A DNA stretch of 64,000 nucleotides from Leidyana gryllorum EB-2025a. Lineage: Eukaryota > Protista > Apicomplexa. The DNA lies in the NCBI GenBank assembly GCA_048772705.1, contig JBLWGC010000216.1, positions 1 through 64,000 of the forward strand, read 5' to 3'. Shown here piece after piece: positions 10,901-20,578 of this stretch. The stretch's first letter is position 1, and every line of letters begins with the position of its first letter. Below the pieces are notes generated by a model. The model had not been told where the DNA came from. It made no database searches and saw only the letters and a list, made by a program, of their open reading frames with translations. A program made the position numbers and the translations under genes.

Positions 10901-13806
10901 CTTAGTTCAGTCCTCCCGAGGGCCTCACATCACCGGAAGTGCAAAGGCTGCTCCGCCCTCTGCACGCCTCTCATTGATCAGACGGTTGCAATCCGCAGGT
11001 AAGTTGATTTTTGTAGATAGTGAACAGGGAGGTACCCGCCGTCTCGTCTCCGCCGACTCACTGCCGTCTCCGTCGTCGGGTGCCTCGAGAGTTCTCAGCC
11101 TACTGAACCATTCGATGTGCCAATCTCACCTACAGTGTCACTAAGAGTACTTTACCCGTCCATCGCAACCTGAAAACACATCGTCGGCGTCGAGTCAAGC
11201 CTCGTCCGCCCTCTCAGAAAGTCTCAGATGGGAGACACTGGACTTAGTTCAGTCCTCCCGAGGGCATCACATCACCGGAAGTGCAAAGGCTGCTCCGCCC
11301 TCTGCACGCCTCTTATTGATCAGACGGTTGCAATCCGCAGGTAAGTTGATTTTTGTAGCCAGTGCAAAGGGAGGTACCCGCCGTCTCGTCTCCGCCGACT
11401 CGCTGCCGTCTCCGTCGTCGGGTGCCTCGAGAGTTCTCAGCCTACTGAGCCATTCGATGTGTCAATCTCACCTACAGTGTCACTAAGAGTACTTTACCCG
11501 TCCATCGCAACCTGAAAACACATTGTCGGCGTCGAGTCAAGCCTCGTCCGCCCTCTCAGAAAGTCTCAGATGGGAGACACTGAACTTAGTTCAGTCCTCC
11601 CGAGGGCCTCACATCACCGGAAGTGCAAAGGCTGCTCCGCCCTCTGCACGCCTCTTATTGATCAGACGGTTGCAATCCGCAGGTAAGTTGATTTTTGTAG
11701 ATAGTAAACAGGGAGGTACCCGCCGTCTCGTCTCCGCCGACTCGCTGCCGTCTCCGTCGTCGGGTGCCACGAGAGTCCTCAGCCTACTGAGGCATTTGTT
11801 GTGCCAATCTCACCTATAGTGTCACTAAGAGTACTTTACCCGTCCATCGCAACCTGAAAACACATCGTCGGCGTCGAGTCAAGCCTCGTCCGCCCTCTCA
11901 GAAAGTCTCAGATGGGAGACACTGAACTTAGTTCAGTCCTCCCGAGGGCCTCACATCACCGGAAGTGCAAAGGCTGCTCCGCCCTCTGCACGCCTCTTAT
12001 TGATCAGACGGTTGCAATCCGCAGGTAAGTTGATTTTTGTAGATAGTGAACAGGGAGGTACCCGCCGTCTCGTCTCCGCCCACCCGCTGCCGTCTCCGCC
12101 GTCGGGTGCCTCGAGAGTTCTCAGCCTACTGAACCATTCGATGTGCCAATCTCACCTACAGTGTCACTAAGAGTACTTTACCCGTCCATCGCAACCTGAA
12201 AACACATCGTCGGCGTCGAGTCAAGCCTCGTCCGCCCTCTCAGAAAGTCTCAGATGGGAGACACTGAACTTAGTTCAGTCCTCCCGAGGGCCTCACATCA
12301 CCGGAAGTGCAAAGGCTGCTCCGCCCTCTGCACGCCTCTTATTGATCAGACGGTTGCAATCCGCAGGTAAGTTGATTTTTGTAGATAGTGAACAGGGAGG
12401 TACCCGCCGTCTCGTCTCCGCCGACTCACTGCCGTCTCCGTCGTCGGGTGCCTCAAGAGTTCTCAGCCTACTGAACCATTCGATGTGCCAATCTCACCTA
12501 CAGTGTCACTAAGAGTACTTTACCCGTCCATCGCAACCTGAAAACACATCGTCGGCGTCGAGTCAAGCCTCGTCCGCCCTCTCAGAAAGTCTCAGATGGG
12601 AGACACTGAACTTAGTTCAGTCCTCCCGAGGGCCTCACATCACCGGAAGTGCAAAGGCTGCTCCGCCCTCTGCACGCCTCTCATTGATCAGACGGTTGCA
12701 ATCCGCAGGTAAGTTGATTTTTGTAGATAGTGAACAGGGAGGTACCCGCCGTCTCGTCTCCGCCGACTCACTGCCGTCTCCGTCGTCGGGTGCCTCGAGA
12801 GTTCTCAGCCTACTGAACCATTCGATGTGCCAATCTCACCTACAGTGTCACTAAGAGTACTTTACCCGTCCATCGCAACCTGAGAACACATCGTCGGCGT
12901 CGAGTCAAGCCTCGTCCGCCCTCTCAGAAAGTCTCGGATGGGAGACACTGGACTTAGTTCAGTCCTCCCGAGGGCATCACATCACCGGAAGTGCAAAGGC
13001 TGCTCCGCCCTCTGCACGCCTCTTATTGATCAGACGGTTGCAATCCGCAGGTAAGTTGATTTTTGTAGCCAGTGCAAAGGGAGGTACCCGCCGTCTCGTC
13101 TCCGCCGACTCGATGCCGTCTCCGTCGTCGGGTGCCTCGAGAGTTCTCAGCCTACTGAGCCATTCGATGTGTCAATCTCACCTACAGTGTCACTAAGAGT
13201 ACTTTACCCGTCCATCGCAACCTGAAAACACATTGTCGGCGTCGAGTCAAGCCTCGTCCGCCCTCTCAGAAAGTCTCAGATGGGAGACACTGAACTTAGT
13301 TCAGTCCTCCCGAGGGCCTCACATCACCGGAAGTGCAAAGGCTGCTCCGCCCTCTGCACGCCTCTTATTGATCAGACGGTTGCAATCCGCAGGTAAGTTG
13401 ATTTTTGTAGATAGTAAACAGGGAGGTACCCGCCGTCTCGTCTCCGCCGACTCACTGCCGTCTCCGTCGTCGGGTGCCTCGAGAGTTCTCAGCCTACTGA
13501 ACCATTCGATGTGCCAATCTCACCTACAGTGTCACTAAGAGTACTTTACCCGTCCATCGCAACCTGAGAACACATCGTCGGCGTCGAGTCAAGCCTCGTC
13601 CGCCCTCTCAGAAAGTCTCGGATGGGAGACACTGGACTTAGTTCAGTCCTCCCGAGGGCATCACATCACCGGAAGTGCAAAGGCTGCTCCGCCCTCTGCA
13701 CGCCTCTTATTGATCAGACGGTTGCAATCCGCAGGTAAGTTGATTTTTGTAGCCAGTGCAAAGGGAGGTACCCGCCGTCTCGTCTCCGCCGACTCGCTGC
13801 CGTCTC
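4943..13806. repeat. 342-bp tandem array, 26 near-identical units
   Basis: The GTCGGCGTC anchor recurs at 5001, 5343 ... 8763, 9105, 9448 (+1), 9815 (+25), 10157 ... 13577. Confidence 0.98.
5001..13741 (-). ncRNA. U1: 26 tandem U1 snRNA genes (165 nt each; first 5001-5165, last 13577-13741)
   Basis: Minus strand: 5' AACTTACCTG (5' splice-site pairing), helix H CGGAT/ATCTG, SL1 loop GATCAATAAG (U1-70K type), SL2 loop TTTGCAC (U1A type), SL3, Sm-like ACTTTCTG and SL4 GGCG..CGAG/CTCG.CGCC. Order and length match U1. Confidence 0.93.
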
Positions 13807-13954
13807 TCACTCTCCCACAGAGAGGCTTACCGCCTTCATAGAAGCGTTATCAGACGACATGGATTCGCAGCTGAGTGTATGTATGGGTGGTTGCTCAAAT
13901 GATCTGGAAAATTGCCGTCTTCATGCTACTCCCCGCCCGCAATCGCAGGGGGTG

Positions 13955-15337
13955 TTAAGACAAAATCTCACTCAAGACTCGTGTAACATGGTCGGCTGCA
14001 TTATTGCGAATATGATCTGCATGATTGAGGTGCAGCTCGGCAGACCGTTTGAGAATTGTTTCGTCGGAGAGACATGTATTGATACGTTCCACAATGACAT
14101 CTCGGTCAAGGTGTTTGGACGATGATGACTGCAGCCACAGCTCTTTACCAATGTTCCAAATTCTTTCGGCCACTTCAGCGTCCAAAGGTTGATCTCCTGC
14201 GACGGGGATGAATGCTTTGGGGATTGGGGTGAGAGCAATGCCCTCAGTCAAACTATTCCACCCACAATGGGTCACGAAGAGTTTGAGCGCGCGATGTCGC
14301 AAGACTCTTTTCTGGTTCACCCACGGGACGATTCGGTGGTCAATCTGGATGTTTTCAAAGAGGCCGATGGGAAGACCAAAGTTGTCGCATTCAGTGGGAG
14401 ACGGTGGAGATGTCGAATCCACGCCAACGACCGGAGGACGGAGAAAGCCTCGACAAGTCGCCATACGTTTCCTTAGCGCCCATAGGAAGGGAGCACCGAG
14501 TAGCCGTAACGCAGCCGCTAACTCAAGAAGATCAGGGGGACTCAATTGTACCCATGAGCCCAGCGCAATGTAGATCACTGATCGATCGGGTTGGGTATCG
14601 AGCCACTCGATGACCCCATTGGGATCCTCATTATCCCGAGCTGATCGATCGAGGAGGTCATTGACATAACCGACCGGATAGACTTTGCCTTTAGCAAATT
14701 TTGAAGTAGACACCAACATGTCCCTTTCAACAGTCTCCTTCAATAATGCGAACCCGGGCTGGCATGGGCTGTCGTTGACGATGAGACTTCGAGTGCGACC
14801 GGGGGGGAGAAATACCGCAGGATCTGGGTTGTCGACATATATCATGCGGTCACAACTCACAGTACCCAAGCCCTCAATCGTCTGCTCCTCACTTAGAAGA
14901 GCCGACCGCCTCCGCCAGCCGAATTTCTCAACCACATAGAAACTGTGGAGAGCAAGAACAGCGAAGCCGAATCCTTTTATCCCCAAAACTTCAGCTAACT
15001 CATTACCCCACGTGAGGAAGAAGTCGTAGACAAGTGCAACCGGTCGCAGCTTGCTGGCGTGTACCCTGCTCTCCTTGATCAAATGGTCCGAGTGTTCTGC
15101 AAACCACCTCAGCTGTTCGGAGATGCTCAAAACCAGCACTTCGTCTGGGAGATAGACGGGTAGAATACCAACATTTGGGTATTCCTCGGACGGGATCGGC
15201 CGATTATTCATCATCGGTAGCAGTAAATGGCATTTCACCTCTCCTTTCCCGAATTTGTGCAGCAACTCTCCAAATGCCATCAAAGGACGCACATGCCCCT
15301 CGCACCGTAAGGTTACGAGCAGAATGTCCCGAGCCAT
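13955..15337 (-). CDS. UDP-glycosyltransferase (GT1, plant-type PSPG box), copy 1
   Basis: N-terminal GHVRP, YD, and WVNQ..VL.H...FVTHCGWNS.TE...DQ. Intronless. ATG at 15337 (the ORF-track start is TTG). Confidence 0.92.
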   Translation of the reverse strand: MARDILLVTLRCEGHVRPLMAFGELLHKFGKGEVKCHLLLPMMNNRPIPSEEYPNVGILPVYLPDEVLVLSISEQLRWFAEHSDHLIKESRVHASKLRPVALVYDFFLTWGNELAEVLGIKGFGFAVLALHSFYVVEKFGWRRRSALLSEEQTIEGLGTVSCDRMIYVDNPDPAVFLPPGRTRSLIVNDSPCQPGFALLKETVERDMLVSTSKFAKGKVYPVGYVNDLLDRSARDNEDPNGVIEWLDTQPDRSVIYIALGSWVQLSPPDLLELAAALRLLGAPFLWALRKRMATCRGFLRPPVVGVDSTSPPSPTECDNFGLPIGLFENIQIDHRIVPWVNQKRVLRHRALKLFVTHCGWNSLTEGIALTPIPKAFIPVAGDQPLDAEVAERIWNIGKELWLQSSSSKHLDRDVIVERINTCLSDETILKRSAELHLNHADHIRNNAADHVTRVLSEILS

Positions 15338-15896
15338 CTCGTGAGCTTTACTGCAATCGCAGCCGATCAACACCTCGTCAAAGCGTTTTAAATCCTATTT
15401 GACTTGTTGGGAAGCTAGCGAGACGACCTACCCGAACCCACGTACGACTTCTAGCTGGGCAAAAAGCACAGATTGACTCAAAATGGTATCCACGAGCCGT
15501 CCTTTGCTCATGTGCTGCTTTTAGGGATGCCGCAAAAGCACTAAGAGGGCTGGAAACATAGGCTGCTGGCATCACGTCAGCTCGCGAAGGAGGTTCCCAA
15601 CGGGATTTAGTCGCTTCGGTCCAGTCTGAGTGAGTGAAGTGGGCAGCGGAGAAGCGGTGGGTGACGGGGACGGGGACGGACCGCCCACTTTCTGCAACGA
15701 GTCAACGGAAAGTGCTCTGCCATTGTAAGAACAGTGGCTTGGACTGAACTCTCCCATACTTGTGGCATTGCCACACTCAAGGGCTGACCAGATACGGCTT
15801 CTGCAGGATCGCCCTCGTTCAAAAGATAAAACACCGCACACCAAGGAGGACGAGACGGCGGGTACCTCGCTGTTTCTTTCACTGGCTACAAAAATC

Positions 15897-16061
15897 AACT
15901 TACCTGCGGATTGCAACCGTCTGATCAATAAGAGGCGTGCAGAGGGCGGAGCAGCCTTTGCACTTCCGGTGATGTGAGGCCCTCGGGAGGACTGAACTAA
16001 GTTCAGTGTCTCCCATCTGAGACTTTCTGAGAGGGCGGACGAGGCTTGACTCGACGCCGAC
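15897..16061 (+). ncRNA. U1: U1 snRNA gene, array-type, inverted relative to the array
   Basis: Reverse complement of the array unit. Confidence 0.9.
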
Positions 16062-16238
16062 GATGTGTTTTCAGGTTGCGATGGACGGGTAAAGTACTCT
16101 TAGTGACACTATAGGTGAGATTGGCACATCGAATGGCTCAGTAGGCTGAGGACTCTCGAGGCGTCCGACGACGGAGACGGCAGCGATTCGGCGGAGACGA
16201 GACGGCGGGTACCTCGCTGTTCACTGGCTACAAAAATC

Positions 16239-16403
16239 AACTTACCTGCGGATTGCAACCGTCTGATCAATAAGAGGCGTGCAGAGGGCGGAGCAGCCTT
16301 TGCACTTCCGGTGATGTGATGCCCTCGGGAGGACTGAACTAAGTCCAGTGTCTCCCATCTGAGACTTTCTGAGAGGGCGGACGAGGCTTGACTCGACGCC
16401 GAC
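16239..16403 (+). ncRNA. U1: U1 snRNA gene, array-type
   Basis: 342 bp after the previous copy. Similarity to the array stops exactly at the U1 3' end. Confidence 0.9.
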
Positions 16404-16552
16404 TAGGAATGAAAAAGGCATCAGCATTAGATTAAAACTGCTGTAGAAGATCACACTGTGACAATTCACGTGGTCACCCTTGCGGAGACTGGATGATCCT
16501 CTGCGTGTCCCCATTCTCACTCTCATCATTTCAGTACATATCTGTGTGACTG

Positions 16553-17962
16553 ATGGATCAACGAGACATTCTTTTGATTACAATTCAGGCCCATGGCCAT
16601 TTTCGTCCCTTCATGGCTTTGGGCGAGCTGTTATATCGGTACAGCAACGGAAGTGTACGGAGTCATTTGTTATTCCCAATGACTGAGGATGGCAAACTAC
16701 CGACTAGCGAATTTCCGAATGTCTCAATCCATCCGATAGAAGCTCCGGAGTCCGTCAGAACAATGACAGATCAAATGGAACGATGGAAATGGACGATGAG
16801 TCACGGGGACGAAATGATTGGTCCCGCGTGTGAGTATGCGAGCAGTCTGCGACCCATCAGCGTCATCTACGAGTCTTTCTTGGGGTGGGCCCATAATGTC
16901 GCCGAGATTTTGGGGCTGAGAAGTTTCGCATTCTGCACATTCGCACTTCACACTTATTACATCACTGGCAAAGTTGGATGGAACCCGAAAAAGGCTTCTA
17001 CGGATGAGCAGAGAACAATTGAAGGCCTGGGTACCCTGAGTCACCAATGTCTGCCTTACGCGGACGTAGATTTGCTCACCGGCTTTCAGCCGCCTGGCCG
17101 ATCCCGCAGTATAATTGCCAATGACAGTCCGTGCCAACCGGGTTTGAGCATTCTACAGAACCTTGTCGAACGGGAAATGCTCGTGCCGACCTCAAAATAT
17201 GATAAGGGTGTTGTGCACACACTTGGATATCTAAATGATCTGCTGCCGGCAGACAATTCCGTAGACGCCGTTGACGAGACAATTGCGTGGCTCGACTCTC
17301 ATCCAGACCGGTCCGTGATCTTTGTGGCGCTGGGCTCCTGGGTCGAACTTGATGTGTGCGATCTTGTTGAGTTGGGCGAGGGTCTGATGTTACTCGATAC
17401 TCCCTTCTTGTGGGCGCTCAGAGCCCGAGTTGGTAAAGACACGGGGAGTAACGGCTCTCCGGATGTCGAGGGAGGAGAGCAACCCGAAGGCACCCGACTT
17501 CGAACGCCCCCTGCAGAGATGGACGAATACGGTCTTCCCCTGAATTACACGGAAAGGATAAAGGGACGGTCGCTCATAGTGCCGTGGGTGAACCAGAAGC
17601 GGGTCCTGAAGCATCGAGCCATCAAGTTGTTCATTACCCACTGTGGATGGAACAGTTTGACAGAGAGTGTTGCTCTCAGTCCTGTACCAAAGGCCTTTGT
17701 TCCAGTTGCCGGAGAACAAGCCCTCAACGCGGAGGTGGCGGAACGGTTCTGGAAGGTGGGGAAGCAGCTGTGGGTGGACGGATCACCCAAGACACTCCAC
17801 CGCGATGTTATTGTTGAGAGAATTAACCACTGTCTGACCGACAACACTATCATCTGCAGTTCCCAAAAGGTTCATGAAGATCACCAAAGCCATCTTAACC
17901 AGAATGCCGAACTGTGCGTTCGACGGCTATTGGCAGAGATACAAAGTCAAAGTATTAGTTAG
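16553..17962 (+). CDS. UDP-glycosyltransferase, copy 2
   Basis: GHFRP, PSPG box WVNQKRVLKH...HCGWNS...EQ. Intronless. Confidence 0.93.
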   Translation: MDQRDILLITIQAHGHFRPFMALGELLYRYSNGSVRSHLLFPMTEDGKLPTSEFPNVSIHPIEAPESVRTMTDQMERWKWTMSHGDEMIGPACEYASSLRPISVIYESFLGWAHNVAEILGLRSFAFCTFALHTYYITGKVGWNPKKASTDEQRTIEGLGTLSHQCLPYADVDLLTGFQPPGRSRSIIANDSPCQPGLSILQNLVEREMLVPTSKYDKGVVHTLGYLNDLLPADNSVDAVDETIAWLDSHPDRSVIFVALGSWVELDVCDLVELGEGLMLLDTPFLWALRARVGKDTGSNGSPDVEGGEQPEGTRLRTPPAEMDEYGLPLNYTERIKGRSLIVPWVNQKRVLKHRAIKLFITHCGWNSLTESVALSPVPKAFVPVAGEQALNAEVAERFWKVGKQLWVDGSPKTLHRDVIVERINHCLTDNTIICSSQKVHEDHQSHLNQNAELCVRRLLAEIQSQSIS

Positions 17963-18049
17963 TTAGAAGAGAACCAGTTGACACAAACAGTAGCGAACCG
18001 AAGTTAAGAGTCCCCAATACATTCTCATCTGGATCTGACCTGACCTGAC

Positions 18050-19780
18050 GGTCGGGGAAAGGAAGGGAACAACAGAGACAACAGATTGCGCAAACCGACT
18101 GTGGAAGAACTTCAGGGCTCGTATCACACCATAACTGAGACCGAGAAGGCTCGTCTTCGTCAAGAAGAAAGACGGAACGTGGCGACTCTGAATCCGTCCC
18201 GGAGGGATTCATCGAAACTTGCGATCGTCGACCAACCTACCTCTCCAACCCAGTCATCGTCTGGAAAGGAGATAAGGGAAGAGTTACTGCGTCGACTTCC
18301 TCCGATTGACCGCGGCTGCGGCTTTGTCAACCGCCCCGTCAAAGACGCTTGTGTTCAGCTAAACCGCTCGACAGACAATGTATGAGGTGTCAAGGGAAAG
18401 CAGCAGATTCCCCGGGTCACCGTTCATAGACCATAGATGACCGGCACTTTTGACTACGTGAATTCTGAGTTGAACACTCGTCCATCCCGAACCGCCCAAC
18501 GTGGCTGACGAGAGTCCACACTCATTTCTGCGTTATGACTGAATGTTCCCCTTCTGTGTGAGTAGATAGAAAATGGGCAGAGTTGGGAGCCGACCTCCCG
18601 CACCATCTCAATCATCCAACGCCCACGGCGATCAGAGACAACGACCGCGGTGCCTGAGCAACACGACTGGACTACCTGACCTTTTGTTAGTGAACTTCGA
18701 TGGCAGAGACTTCCGAGTGTGGCAAAAGGGCCGTGTAGGACAAAGCGTCTCTCTCCCTCCCCCCAGTTTGAGCCGCGATGGAGATCGCGTGAGCGATTGT
18801 GCAGCTCAAACCTTTACTTTTTGTAACATCAGGAAATCGTTATGAGCCCGCGCTGCGCTGTGTCTCCCCGTGTGAAGGGTGTGTAACCTGCTGTGTGTGG
18901 AAAATTGAATCACAGTTTGAGCACATGAACGACTTTGGTGGTGAACTACTCTGAAGAACACAAGTTGTACGCGCCAGCAGACGTCAGGTGAACAGATATT
19001 GCGCCATAAGAGGCCGTGATCGGGGTGGATCCATCTGCGAGGTGTCCAAGAGGGCCCTCATCTGCGCTGACCCCGTTTTGAGCATTGACAAGATAGAGTT
19101 GGGTCCTTCAACGACCAAATTACTGTGTGCTGCGATTTAGCCATCGACGCAGCCCAAGCAACCCTTTCACCCTATCTAATCAATAGTAAAGATTTTCTCC
19201 CTCTCTCAGGTTCAACAATGGAGTCTTCTTTAAGCGAAGCCATAATACAACGGAGAAGCCTCTGACTATTGATTGTGAAAGACTTCATCACAGTGGAAAC
19301 ATTGTAGCATATCATGTAGCAACGCAGCGAAATATCGAACATGGGGATTCCATGTTCTGCTTATTGATAGATACTGTCCGCTTGGCCCGCCTGCCACAAG
19401 GAGCCAACCATCACGAATCCGGTCGAGAATGCATAATACAGAGAGCCAACAGACACGGCGTGCGTCCGCAGCGCAAAGCAGACGGTTCGCTCCTGTAGTC
19501 GACCCCTCGTATGCTCATCGTCCAGTCGTGCGGCACAATATGCGCGGGCAGCGAATCACAAGTCGGTTGCAGAACCTTCTGAGGATTCTGGCGCTTTACG
19601 ATTGTATCCCGATTGCACCAGTCGGTACCACGACTACTGAACAAATTGAAGGAAGATTACGATCACAGGCAGTTTTGAGAGGCGTCCGTGTGTCAATAAC
19701 TCAAGAAAACAGCAGAGTGCAACAGCAGTTAAAGGTCATCGAGGCAGATAGTGGGGCGAGAACCGTAAAATGATTTTCGA
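18050..19780 (+). pseudogene. Probable decayed Mutator-like (MULE) transposase
   Basis: Colinear broken fragments resemble MULE motifs: NTTGLPDLLLVNFDG (~18660), PLLFVT..RYEPAL..VSP....CCVWKI (~18810-18910), STMESS (~19215) and SWIM-like C..KY..MGIPCS (~19315-19360). Boundaries approximate. Confidence 0.4.
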
Positions 19781-20199
19781 CAGTCGTGGTGAAATTGATT
19801 CGTCAAACCCCTGTGTGACACGGAGTGTTAGGGTACTGTAATCCTAGATTAGTGAACCCCCTTTTGCATCTTTTATGTGTTTATATTTTATGTGTGGTGA
19901 TCTATATGACGATTGGGGCCGGCTGACACGGAGACACCGGCATCCAAACACACGTGTTTTTACCGATTGCTACTACCAAAACAACAGCTAAATGATGCCA
20001 AATACTACCCCAGTGCACCAAGCAGATCAGACCACCAAAAACCAAACGACGCACTCACCTCTGCTCGACCCAACCAGACAGGACAGTAACGGTTCACAAA
20101 CCAGAAATGTACATTTGAAAGGACGCCCCGTGGCCCTCCCAAACGGAAGACACCCCTCGCACACACCGAGTACCCATGAGTGGTCGGCGTAAAAAAATC

Positions 20200-20366
20200 A
20201 ACTTACCTGCGGATTGCAGTCGTCTGATCAGCAAGAGACACGCAGAAGGAGGAGCAGCCATTGCACTTTCTCCGGTGATGTGATTCCTTCGGAAGGGTTC
20301 GACTAAGTCTGACTCTCCCATCTGAGACTTTCTGACAAGGCGGACGGGGCTTGACTCGACGCCGAC
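20200..20366 (+). ncRNA. U1: Diverged U1 snRNA gene (167 nt)
   Basis: AACTTACCTG, GATCAGCAAG, canonical ATTGCAC, and compensatory changes in SL1 and SL2 relative to the array copies. Confidence 0.93.
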
Positions 20367-20578
20367 AAAGCGAATTAGTGACTGATAGTGCTGTAGCTAA
20401 TGGTTGAGGGGATATATAAACTCAAATTTGGTCGGCGACATCGGGGACGTGGTATTAGAATAACCGATCCTGTTGAGGTTGTGGTTAATGTTCGGGGAGA
20501 CGGCGTCTCCGAACTTTGGGGAGTGAATCTCTGTGAGAAATCAAGCGATCTGTATTGTTTCATCTCTGTATTTAATCA

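Noticed and set aside
5683-13538. Repeated 98-101 aa ORFs (MSASSQASS...)
   Set aside because: They have TTG starts that appear in only some units, are antisense to U1 and show no protein features.
4943-13806. CRISPR array, or 5S rRNA/tRNA array
   Set aside because: There are no unique spacers, the context is eukaryotic, and no 5S or tRNA box motifs are present.
15400-15800. Possible retroelement remnant between UGT1 and the inverted U1 copies
   Set aside because: Only an approximately 11-nt match (GGAAGCTAGCG) to gag, which is insufficient.
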